This document shows, piece by piece, positions 48,708 through 58,049 of a DNA stretch of 64,000 nt. Positions within the stretch are counted from its first letter, which is position 1; each line of letters starts with the position of its first letter. The stretch is from assembly GCA_963783575.1 (NCBI GenBank), contig CAWAOD010000005.1, forward strand, positions 384,001-448,000, read 5' to 3'. The DNA is from an uncultured Spirochaetota bacterium (GTDB lineage: Bacteria > Spirochaetota > Brevinematia > Brevinematales > JAOACQ01). The position numbers and the translations under genes were made by a program. The notes under the pieces are model-generated. The model did not search any database and was not told the DNA's origin. It worked only from the letters and a program-made list of their open reading frames with translations.

Positions 48708-49655
48708 TTATTGGTTTTGAGATTTATTTAATCCGGTAAGGTTCAATAATTCAACCCTGTTTTTTATATTCATTTTTTGATAGATGTTTCGAATATGCTT
48801 CTTGACCGTATTTACAGAAATAAAATTTTCTTCCGCTATTTTAAGGTTATTATGACCTTTTGCAAGACAGTTAATGATATTTCTTTCCTGCGCCGTTATA
48901 CCATATTTTTCCATGATTGATTCATTGGGTTGAAAAAATGTTAAAACCGGATACGCGGAAATTAATGGCTTAATTGAATAAATTAATAATAACAGATTCC
49001 ACAAAAAATAAAAAATCAGGTTGAGCCAATTCAGCGGAAGCTGGTTTAAATAAGAATTTCTATTTGGAATATTATATAGCTGCCATGAAGTTATTGAGTC
49101 AAATACAATAAAAATAATATAAAATAACGTAAATAATTTGATATTTTGTTTTATTTCTATAGATTTTAACTTATGATAATATATCAATACCAGCACAGGC
49201 GGATAAACCATGATTATTAATAATAATATATTTAAAAAGTTATTATCGGGAACAAAATAGATAACGCTGTTTCCAAGAGGAAATTGTATGAATGCCGAGC
49301 TTTGTAAAATAAAAACCAGTATAATAATTCCAATTAAAATAATATTTCCGGGTTTAATAAATGGTACGGAAAGCAGAGAATGGAAAATAAATGGAATAAT
49401 AAAAACAAGAATAAATGTCATTTCTTTCGCCGCATAGAACAATGCCAGCTCGGTGCGGTTCTGAAGCGAGAAATTTAGTTCAATATAAAGGAAAATAGTA
49501 TTAAACAATATCCTGGCAGTAATTATCAAAAAGAAAATAAGAAAATATTTTATTGATGGTTCTTTTCTATTTTGATATCTTATTATGAAAAGTGTTAAAG
49601 CAATTATTCCCATAGATAATGCTATAAAAAATATTAATATCATAATATGCGGCAT
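48708..49655 (-). CDS. Membrane-anchored LuxR-family regulator (about 7 TM plus HTH)
   Basis: Hydrophobic N-terminal two thirds; ITAQERNII..LAKG.NN.KIA....ISVNTVKKHIRNIYQK. Confidence 0.9.
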   Translation of the reverse strand: MPHIMILIFFIALSMGIIALTLFIIRYQNRKEPSIKYFLIFFLIITARILFNTIFLYIELNFSLQNRTELALFYAAKEMTFILVFIIPFIFHSLLSVPFIKPGNIILIGIIILVFILQSSAFIQFPLGNSVIYFVPDNNFLNILLLIIMVYPPVLVLIYYHKLKSIEIKQNIKLFTLFYIIFIVFDSITSWQLYNIPNRNSYLNQLPLNWLNLIFYFLWNLLLLIYSIKPLISAYPVLTFFQPNESIMEKYGITAQERNIINCLAKGHNNLKIAEENFISVNTVKKHIRNIYQKMNIKNRVELLNLTGLNKSQNQ

Positions 49656-50031
49656 ATCATTTCTCCAAGAAAATATGATTGTTCTTAAAGATTTAACTAT
49701 TCAGCCATATAAAACCTGTTATTAACAGAACCGATTTTAAGCCACTAATTACACTAATTAACGTGAATTTGTGTGAACCTGCGGTGAGCTTCTTGGCTAA
49801 TCGTGAAATTAACGGCAAATAATGTATAGCTGTTTATGATACATATTGACTGAGTAATTACAGACTATTAATAAAATTTTTGATGAATTTTTTAGTATTT
49901 ATTGTTACAGGTAGAATTAACAAAAATGATTAGCCTTTAAAATCACTTTATTATGCTGAAGCTTCAATTAAATTATTATTGAATGGGAAAGAAAAATCTT
50001 ATTTTAGAAAAAATTTATTTTTAGAAAAAAT

Positions 50032-50901
50032 TTATTTTTTAAAGAACATTCCTATAAATTTCTGAAGGCCGGTTTCTTCATCTTTTATTTCCAGATTCAT
50101 TAATCGTCTGGCTATATGGTTAACACAGAGTGAAACATTGGATGTCGGATACATTTGAACGAACGGCGTTTGTTTTCTGACTGCTTCCGAAACAATCGGA
50201 TCGTCATAAATAAATCCGAAATTATCTATCTTGATATTCAAAAACTGAGCGCAGATGTCAATTATCTTTTTTGAAACTTTATTCGCCTCCGCGGGATTTC
50301 TGACGCGGTTCAACACAAGCTTGATATTGGCGTTATCGGACTCAGTAACTATGGCTTTTATTATTCCGTAGGCATCGGTTATTGATGTGGGCTCAGGTGT
50401 TGTGATGACAATTGTTTCATGAGCAGCAAGAACAAAGCTTATCACATTTGAAGAAATTCCTGCTGAAGTATCTATTATAATATAATCGGCATTGCTTATT
50501 TCCTTCAAGCCCTCGATTAAATTGTTTTTTTCTTCCTCTTTAATATTGGCAAGCTGGGTAAATCCGGATGCGCCTGCAATGAAATCGACCCCGGCGTCTG
50601 TTTTATATATTATCTCGGACATTTTTTTCTGTCCTTTGATAACGTGCAGAAGATTATTTTTAGGAATCGCTCCCAATAGAACATGAATATTTGCCAGACC
50701 TAAATCGGCATCAAAAACTATAACCTTTTTCGGGGCGTCTTTCATATTTGCAAGGCTGATGCCGAGGTTTAGAGCAAAACTGCTTTTTCCGACGCCGCCC
50801 TTACCGGAGGTAATTGCTATAATCTTGGTATTCGATCTGGGGAAACTCCCCATCATTCTTCTTAAACCTTCTGCCTGATCCGGACCTAGAATGGTAGACA
50901 T
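50032..50901 (-). CDS. flhG: Flagellar MinD-like ATPase
   Basis: DQAEGLR, SGKGGVGKS, DADLGLAN, TPEPTSITDAY; follows flhF. Confidence 0.95.
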   Translation of the reverse strand: MSTILGPDQAEGLRRMMGSFPRSNTKIIAITSGKGGVGKSSFALNLGISLANMKDAPKKVIVFDADLGLANIHVLLGAIPKNNLLHVIKGQKKMSEIIYKTDAGVDFIAGASGFTQLANIKEEEKNNLIEGLKEISNADYIIIDTSAGISSNVISFVLAAHETIVITTPEPTSITDAYGIIKAIVTESDNANIKLVLNRVRNPAEANKVSKKIIDICAQFLNIKIDNFGFIYDDPIVSEAVRKQTPFVQMYPTSNVSLCVNHIARRLMNLEIKDEETGLQKFIGMFFKK

Positions 50902-50926
50902 AGTAACCTCAAACCCAAATAATTGT

Positions 50927-52237
50927 TTACTTTAAAGAATCGGCAATTAATTTATCTACATTAGCAATTTCAAAATCTTCGGGAACGCCCTGTCCGTTTG
51001 TAATAAATGAAAGCGGTTTTTTTGTTTGATAGAGGGTTGAAAGTATGGAACCAAGATATGCCGTCTCGTCAAGTTTGGTCGCGATTATGTGTGAAAAATC
51101 CAGGCAGGAATAACTGTTGATAATAAGGTCAAGATCCTTTGGCTTTGTTGTTGCGCTGACAACAAGATGTACATCAAACTTTTTATTCGCTTTCTTGATC
51201 CAATCGGACAGCTCTTTTATTACTATTGAATCCTTCGGGCTTTTACCGGCGGTGTCTATAAAAGTATAATGGGTTTCATCCTTATCGATAAGGTCAAAAA
51301 ACTGCTCCTGCTTATTGATAGGATAGAACGGCGCTTTCATTAGATCAGAGTATGTCCTGAGCTGGGAATCGGCACCGACCTTGTAGCGGTCTATAGAAAT
51401 GAAGCGTAGGGATTTCTGGCGGATTACCGCTATATGCGCGGCAAGTTTTATTATACTGACAGTTTTACCTACTCCAGTCGGGCCCGCGAATAGAATATTC
51501 TTGCCGTTATTATAATTTTCCATTAATATATCTTCCCGGGCGATATTAGCCTTTAAAAAATCCCTGATGGTAATAAGAACCTGTGATTTATCAATTAAAA
51601 CATCGCTTTTCTGCATTTTTAAAAATTCCAGAACATCCTGTATAAAAGCCGGATGGAACTCCCTTTCTCTTAAAAATTCTTCGGCCCACTGAATATTTTT
51701 CTGTGATATTTCCACATCCTGTATAATCTTTTTTCGGTTATCCAGGGCGGAGTTCCTGTTATTTTTCATCAGGCCTTCTTTTATTTCTTCAAATTCGCTT
51801 TTTATATAGGTCTGGATCTGAGATAAAGACAATTTAAGGTTTACAACTTCCTCTTCGAGTTTTTTATTTTTATCATCTTCGATTTGCTGAGAGTTTTGAA
51901 TATTCATTGATGAAGGTGAAGCGATTTTTTTGTATTCACTGTTTAAATATGTTGAGGTGTCCGTGTTCTCTTCTTTAAACAAGGAAGGCTGGATTTCCAT
52001 TCTCGGCTGAATTTTCCTTCCGGTATTTTTTCTTTCCCTGTCAAGAATCTTGTTCTCATCTATACAAGCGGTAGCGATCCAGACAGTTTCCTTTCGAAGT
52101 CCCAGGAACTTTTTTCTTTCCTCCGGGTATGTTCTTATGAGCATTGTCTCTTTAACCCGGTTTTCCACTCTGGCGGCTGTAAACATTTTATCTACGGCTT
52201 CCTGCTTGGTTCTTCCCTCATAGATTGCATATTTCAT
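50927..52237 (-). CDS. flhF: Flagellar SRP-type GTPase
   Basis: GPTGVGKT, DTAG, TKLDE, GQGVPED. Confidence 0.93.
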   Translation of the reverse strand: MKYAIYEGRTKQEAVDKMFTAARVENRVKETMLIRTYPEERKKFLGLRKETVWIATACIDENKILDRERKNTGRKIQPRMEIQPSLFKEENTDTSTYLNSEYKKIASPSSMNIQNSQQIEDDKNKKLEEEVVNLKLSLSQIQTYIKSEFEEIKEGLMKNNRNSALDNRKKIIQDVEISQKNIQWAEEFLREREFHPAFIQDVLEFLKMQKSDVLIDKSQVLITIRDFLKANIAREDILMENYNNGKNILFAGPTGVGKTVSIIKLAAHIAVIRQKSLRFISIDRYKVGADSQLRTYSDLMKAPFYPINKQEQFFDLIDKDETHYTFIDTAGKSPKDSIVIKELSDWIKKANKKFDVHLVVSATTKPKDLDLIINSYSCLDFSHIIATKLDETAYLGSILSTLYQTKKPLSFITNGQGVPEDFEIANVDKLIADSLK

Positions 52238-52355
52238 AATCCCCTCCCGCCTGAATTATTCTAACACCTTTTTCCTGTTATAGCAATAAATTAATATTAA
52301 TATTTCTATTGCAAGTTGAAGCTTAGCTTCGTATTGAAGCATTGGCTTCAATAAA

Positions 52356-54425
52356 TCAGCTTAAACTTATAATACCTACCTGGTCAAGCGAATAGTTTGT
52401 TGGAATTTCAGAATAGGATAAAACGCCGATCGTAGGGAAAGAACGCTCTATCAATTCTCTAACAAGTCTCCTGACTTTTTGTGAGGAAAGTATAACAGGC
52501 TGTATCCCTGATTTTACCGCATTTTCAATTACGGTAGTTGCCTTTTTCACGAACTGATTAACGAGTTCGGGATCCAGAGTTGAAATCAACCCCTGCTGTG
52601 TTTCCTGTATAGACTCATTGAAAATTTGTTCAAGATCGGGGTCAATTATAATAGCTTTAAGAGTATTGTTTTCATCGGAATAGTTTGAAACTATCTGCTT
52701 TCCGAAAGCCTGCCGGACATATTCAGTGATCATATCGATATTTTTAATGCTTCCCGCATAATCCGAGATTGTTTCAAGTATGGTAAGCATATTTCTTATC
52801 TTTACACCTTCCCTTAGGAGGTTTTGCAGAACTTTCTGAATTTCACCAATATTCGAATGCTTCATTGTTTCTTCAACAATGACAGGGTATTCCTTCTGAA
52901 TGGCATCCGGCATGGATTTCACATCCTGCCTTGTCAAAAGCTCGGCGGCGTTCTTTTTTATGACTTCGGTAATGTGCGTTGCAATAACGGATGGAGGATC
53001 GAAAATATCAAAACCAAGCGATTCTGCTTTTGCCCTTTCTTCATTTGAAATCCATTTCGCGTCAAGCCCAAAAGCCGGTTCTTTTATCTCAATCCCGTCG
53101 ATTGATTTTAAATCCAGTTTCGGGTTCATTGCCATAAACCTGTTAACATAAATCTTGCCTCTCGCAATCTCAGAACCTCTTAGTTTAATAATATACTCGG
53201 ATGCGTCGATCCCAACATTATCTATAATCCTTATCGGCGGAACAAGGATCCCCAGATCAAGCCCGATTCTTCTCCTTATCAATTTAATCCTGTCAAGCAA
53301 ATCTCCGCCCTGTTCTTTATCAACCAGCGGGATCAGGTTATAACCGATTTCAAGGTTCATAGGGTCAATTCTAACAATATCGTCGATGGTGGTAGTCTGT
53401 TCACCGGCCTGCTTTCCTTTTGCCTCCGCCTGCTTCTGTTCAACATTTTCCTTAGCCGAGATCGACATCATATAACCGACAGCCAGAAGAAGCCCGCCGA
53501 TAATGAAATTAGTCAGGAATGGAAAGCCGGGCAGGAAGCCCATCAAAGCAACTGTGCCTCCGGAAATATAAAGAACTTTTGGATTGGCTCCAACCTGTGT
53601 AACAACGTCCCTGCCGAATTTTTCACGGGAAGCCGTTCTTGTAACGATGATGCCTGTCGCTGTAGCAACAAGAAGCGAAGGTATCTGGGACACAAGGCCG
53701 TCGCCTATTGTCAAAAGGGTATATGTACCGGCGGCTTCGGCAAGCCCTTCGCCACGGACTGCAACACCTGTAATCAACCCTACGATAATATTCACAACCG
53801 TAATAACAAGAGCAACCTTAACGTTACCCGAAACAAACTTGGATGAACCATCCATATTTCCATAGAAGTCTGCTTCAAGCCGAAGTTCATCCCTGCGTCT
53901 TCTTGCTTCGTCTTCGTTTATGAGCCCGGCGTTAAGGTCTTCATTAATGGAAAGCTGTTTTCCGGGCAAAGCGTCCAGGGTAAAGCGGGCGGCCACTTCG
54001 GAAACGCGCGAAGCACCTTTTGTAATGACCAAAAACTGTATTGCGAGTAGAATTATGAATATTGTTATTCCGACTATATAATTCTTACCGACAACAAATT
54101 CACCAAAAGCCCTTATGACTTTGCCGTCAAAGCCTGCGCCAAGGGTAAGAATAAGCCTTGTTGAGGAAACATTGAGTCCGAGCCCGAAGATTGTTGTGAG
54201 AAGGATAAGAGAAGGAAAGGCGGAGAATTCGGCCGGTTTTTTTACATACATCGTGCTGAGCGCAATCATTATCGAAATTGCCAGATTCGTTACTAAAAGG
54301 ATATCCAGAACAAATGTCGGTATCGGTATGATTAGCATCAAAACAACGATAATCAAGGATATTGCGACAAAAATATCAACATTATCCTTCAGTTTAATAA
54401 AAGCAACGTTTTGATTTGACGCCAT
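52356..54425 (-). CDS. flhA: Flagellar export protein FlhA
   Basis: LNVSSTRLIL, EVAARFTLDALPGKQ, GDGLVSQIP. Confidence 0.98.
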   Translation of the reverse strand: MASNQNVAFIKLKDNVDIFVAISLIIVVLMLIIPIPTFVLDILLVTNLAISIMIALSTMYVKKPAEFSAFPSLILLTTIFGLGLNVSSTRLILTLGAGFDGKVIRAFGEFVVGKNYIVGITIFIILLAIQFLVITKGASRVSEVAARFTLDALPGKQLSINEDLNAGLINEDEARRRRDELRLEADFYGNMDGSSKFVSGNVKVALVITVVNIIVGLITGVAVRGEGLAEAAGTYTLLTIGDGLVSQIPSLLVATATGIIVTRTASREKFGRDVVTQVGANPKVLYISGGTVALMGFLPGFPFLTNFIIGGLLLAVGYMMSISAKENVEQKQAEAKGKQAGEQTTTIDDIVRIDPMNLEIGYNLIPLVDKEQGGDLLDRIKLIRRRIGLDLGILVPPIRIIDNVGIDASEYIIKLRGSEIARGKIYVNRFMAMNPKLDLKSIDGIEIKEPAFGLDAKWISNEERAKAESLGFDIFDPPSVIATHITEVIKKNAAELLTRQDVKSMPDAIQKEYPVIVEETMKHSNIGEIQKVLQNLLREGVKIRNMLTILETISDYAGSIKNIDMITEYVRQAFGKQIVSNYSDENNTLKAIIIDPDLEQIFNESIQETQQGLISTLDPELVNQFVKKATTVIENAVKSGIQPVILSSQKVRRLVRELIERSFPTIGVLSYSEIPTNYSLDQVGIISLS

Positions 54426-54438
54426 ATTTCCTCCCGTA

Positions 54439-54535
54439 TTAGTCGCTAGTCTATAGCCGTTAGTTATTAGTCACTGGCTCATTAAAGACGGCTGTTTATT
54501 CTTGCTAGCGACTAACAGCTAGCAACTAGAGACTA
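54439..54535. repeat. Inverted arrays of degenerate heptamers between flhB and flhA
   Basis: TAGNNNN x5 facing NNNNCTA x5; perfect core TTAGTCGCTAG / CTAGCGACTAA. Confidence 0.7.
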
Positions 54536-54537
54536 TT

Positions 54538-55710
54538 TCACGCCGCAACGCTTCCTTTCACCTGGTATACAAGCGATAATATCTTTGCTACTGTGATGAA
54601 AAGTTCCGGCGGAATTTCCTGCCCGACTTCTACTTTTTTATAAATTTCCCTGGCAAGGGGTTTGTTTTCAATTATCATTACATTACTTTCCTTGGCGACT
54701 TCCTTAATCCTTTGAGCGAACGTACCTTCGCCTTTTGCTATAACTACCGGCGCGTTCATATAACTCGGTTCATATTTTAAAGCGACAGCAATATGTGTCG
54801 GGTTTGTAATAACAACATCGGCGTTAGGAACTTCCTGAATCATCTTTCGTGACAGGAGCCTGCGTTCCATTTCTCTAATTTTCGCTTTAATCTCAGGGTC
54901 GCCTTCCATTTCTTTGAATTCCTGCCTTATTTCCTGTTTGGACATCTTCAGGGATTCCATATAAATCCATCTCTGGAACACGTAATCAGCTACCGCGAAA
55001 ATCAAAAGTAAGATACCCGAGAAATTTACAAATTGGAATATGACATTCCAGATCAGCACAAATGATTCCAGAAGTCCCATCCTGGAAATTCTTATCATTT
55101 CCGAAAGCCTTTCGTTTAAAATCACAAAAGCGATCGCAAATACTCCCACAACTTTCAGGATTGACTTAAAGAGATTAAATATAGTTTCTCTTGACCAGAA
55201 CATCTTTCCAAAGTTGGTTATCATGTTGGAGAATATTTTTCCGAAATTGAGGCTGATTCTCTTTGCAGTAAATACAAAACCGCCCTGTATGACATTCCCA
55301 AGGATCGCCGATATAACAGCGACAGCCATAATAGGGAGCAGGCATCCCGCCGATAGCGTTATCATCTCAATAAAAAAAGGCATTATGCTACTTCTTGATA
55401 CTTTTATTGTCAGCATATTTTCAAAATAGTAACGCATTATAGTCTGGAACGAATTGAATATAAAGCCGCCGAGCAATGATACTGTCCAGAATGTAAATAA
55501 AAAAACTATGATAGCTGTTAATTCCTGGGATTTAGGAAGGTTCCCCTCCTCACGGGCTTTTTTCTTCTTATACTCGGTCGGCTCTTCGGTCCTTCCCTCA
55601 TCTTCAGCCGCGAATAACTGCAAATCGAACCGGAAGTCCAAAATATAATTTTTACTAATTATATTGCCGTAACTTTGATAAATCAATTCGATTTTTTCCG
55701 GAAAATCCAT
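54538..55710 (-). CDS. flhB: Flagellar export protein FlhB
   Basis: RTEEPT, EGDPEIK, NPTH autocleavage motif. Confidence 0.97.
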   Translation of the reverse strand: MDFPEKIELIYQSYGNIISKNYILDFRFDLQLFAAEDEGRTEEPTEYKKKKAREEGNLPKSQELTAIIVFLFTFWTVSLLGGFIFNSFQTIMRYYFENMLTIKVSRSSIMPFFIEMITLSAGCLLPIMAVAVISAILGNVIQGGFVFTAKRISLNFGKIFSNMITNFGKMFWSRETIFNLFKSILKVVGVFAIAFVILNERLSEMIRISRMGLLESFVLIWNVIFQFVNFSGILLLIFAVADYVFQRWIYMESLKMSKQEIRQEFKEMEGDPEIKAKIREMERRLLSRKMIQEVPNADVVITNPTHIAVALKYEPSYMNAPVVIAKGEGTFAQRIKEVAKESNVMIIENKPLAREIYKKVEVGQEIPPELFITVAKILSLVYQVKGSVAA

Positions 55711-55729
55711 AATATTTCCTTAATTTCCC

Positions 55730-56512
55730 TTAACTGGGTTTCATAATACGGATCCAATCCGATGTGTTCTGGAGTAAGTGCCGCATCACGGAATCCCCAA
55801 GATCCACAACAGACGGTAATATAAGCCATAGAATTACAAATCCTATTACAAGCTTAAGGTTGAATCCCATAATCATAACATTGAACTGCGGTGCCACCCT
55901 TGAAATGATCCCCATGGCAATGTCCATCAAAATAGTTACCCCTATGATAGGCAGAGAAATCTTCAGGCTTATATCAAACATCGCGACCAGGGATGAAATA
56001 AAGCCTTTAACAATAGAGCCTGCTATATTGAATGTTAAAATATCAACCGATTTAAAACTGTCTATAATTAACTGAATCAAATAGAATTGCCCATCAATCC
56101 TTAATAATAATAGAAGGATTAAAATGCCGAGAACATTGCCGATCGCCGGCACCTGGGTATCTGAAATCGGGTCGAAAACTTCATTCATTCCCAGCCCCAT
56201 CTGGATGCTGAATATCTGTGCGGAAACCTGAAAAGCAGAAACGATAATAAATACAAAAAAACCGACCCCCGTTCCGAAAACAAAGTTTGATACCAGTTTT
56301 ACGCCGAAATCATTCAAATCCACAGGCGGTTTCAAACCCATTCCTATTAGTATAGGTATCGATACGAGAGTGGAAAAAAAACCGAAGGCCATTTTAAAAC
56401 GGAAAGGCATAGCAACACCGGAATAAAATGGTGCAGTGATAAACATACCAAGAATTCTCATGAAAATTATTAAAAATAACTCAAAATATAAAACAAAATA
56501 CTCATAAAGCAT
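55730..56512 (-). CDS. fliR: Flagellar export protein FliR
   Basis: QMGLG..EVFDP, RVAPQFNV; gene order. Confidence 0.95.
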   Translation of the reverse strand: MLYEYFVLYFELFLIIFMRILGMFITAPFYSGVAMPFRFKMAFGFFSTLVSIPILIGMGLKPPVDLNDFGVKLVSNFVFGTGVGFFVFIIVSAFQVSAQIFSIQMGLGMNEVFDPISDTQVPAIGNVLGILILLLLLRIDGQFYLIQLIIDSFKSVDILTFNIAGSIVKGFISSLVAMFDISLKISLPIIGVTILMDIAMGIISRVAPQFNVMIMGFNLKLVIGFVILWLILPSVVDLGDSVMRHLLQNTSDWIRIMKPS

Positions 56513-56522
56513 TTTTTTATCC

Positions 56523-56792
56523 CTACATTTTTGCCTGACCGATCAGGTCAAACAAATTCTTTGTAAAATTAATAAGATGATTTGCCAAAAATGGGCCTAA
56601 AAAAACCATAAGCAATAATATCGCAATTAATTTGGGAACGAAGGTTAGAGTTTGTTCCTGAATGGAGGTGGTTGCCTGGAAAATGCTTATAATTAATCCG
56701 ATTACAAGTCCGACCCCCAATAAAGGAACGCTTAGAATTAAGATCTCATACATTGTTTGATTAAGAATTCCAAGAACCAATCCCTGACTCAT
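56523..56792 (-). CDS. fliQ: Flagellar export protein FliQ
   Basis: FQATTSIQEQTLTFVPK. Confidence 0.97.
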   Translation of the reverse strand: MSQGLVLGILNQTMYEILILSVPLLGVGLVIGLIISIFQATTSIQEQTLTFVPKLIAILLLMVFLGPFLANHLINFTKNLFDLIGQAKM

Positions 56793-56806
56793 AATTAAGA
56801 ACTCCT

Positions 56807-57580
56807 TTACATTCTGAAACTTAAAACGAGCTTCTCAACAAGAAGATCCCAGCCGTCTACAAGGAAGAATAAAAGGATCTTCAAAGGGAAGGATATCATG
56901 ATCGGGGGAAGCATCATCATTCCCATTGACATTAGGACGCTTGCCACAACTACGTCTATTACTGTAAACGGTATCAATATAATCATACCCATATAGAAAG
57001 ATATTGTTAATTCATTTAACATAAATGCCGGAATTAAAACATAAGTCGGTACATCATCCGGCCCTTTCGGCCTTTCAAGCTTTGCCATTTTAGTAAAACG
57101 GTAAATATATCTTTCTGCGGTTTGCCTGAACATAAACTCGCGTATAGGCTGGATGGCTTTTGTATACCCTTCGTTTATGGATATTTTTCCATCCAGATAC
57201 GGCCTTATGCCATTCTGATAGGATTTATTGAAAGTCGGAAACATTACGAAAAGACTGATAAAAAGGGAAAGGCTTACTATTATCTGGTTTGGAGGAATAT
57301 TCTGGGTCGCCAGGCCCCTGCTGACAAATGAAAATACGATATAAATCCTGACAAAACTTGTTAGTACAATTAATAGAGTGGGGGCAAGGGAAATTATGGT
57401 GATTAAAAAGAGTATCTGTAAAGACAGGGCGACCTGCCTCGGGGATTTTGCTTCCTGAATATTAAAATTAACGGAAGGTATAGGGATATTCCCGGAAATC
57501 TGCTGAGAATATACTGGAGCCGAAAACAAAAACAGTGAAAGAAATAAAGTTATCAACCGCAAGCCGCCCCATTTCTTCAC
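56807..57580 (-). CDS. fliP: Flagellar export protein FliP
   Basis: TSFVRI, PPNQ, LMSMGMMMLPP, VDGW. Confidence 0.97.
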   Translation of the reverse strand: MKKWGGLRLITLFLSLFLFSAPVYSQQISGNIPIPSVNFNIQEAKSPRQVALSLQILFLITIISLAPTLLIVLTSFVRIYIVFSFVSRGLATQNIPPNQIIVSLSLFISLFVMFPTFNKSYQNGIRPYLDGKISINEGYTKAIQPIREFMFRQTAERYIYRFTKMAKLERPKGPDDVPTYVLIPAFMLNELTISFYMGMIILIPFTVIDVVVASVLMSMGMMMLPPIMISFPLKILLFFLVDGWDLLVEKLVLSFRM

Positions 57581-57819
57581 AAACGCCTCCCGAAAAACAA
57601 GAAATTTGGCACACCCTGTGCGTTTCTGTGCATAACCATGATTTTAGTAGAAATATTATTACTACTACTTTATATTATTACTTAATTAATTAAAAAATGC
57701 AAGACTTTTTGTAATTATTTTTATCCTTAATTCTTTATTTGCATCAAAAATTTGAAGTTATTATAACCTAAACCGAGTGATCCTTTAAATGGTTTTTATT
57801 TGATAACAACTTCAATATA

Positions 57820-57897
57820 TTAGTCGGCCGGTTAGTTAGTCGGTCAGTCATATCAAAATAAAATATTGCTTAACTAAACGATAACCGGCTTTCGACT
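57820..57897. repeat. Degenerate 4-bp-period repeat, related to 13534-13598
   Basis: TTAGTCGGCCGGTTAGTTAGTCGGTCAGTCATAT, then AACTAAAC..AACCGGCTTTCGACT. Confidence 0.6.
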
Positions 57898-58049
57898 TAT
57901 TATACAAGGTCTTAGATATTGATGATTGAATAAATATTATGAAAACTATTCAATTTAGATGTAATTTATTAGTAAAGTATTTAAACAATTAATTGATTAA
58001 TTAAAATAAGATACTTAAAATAATAGTAAAGTATGAATGGAGGAAGCTT

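Noticed and set aside
49999..50045. ~17-bp tandem repeat at the flhG stop
   Set aside because: A/T-rich low-complexity local duplication with no evident function.
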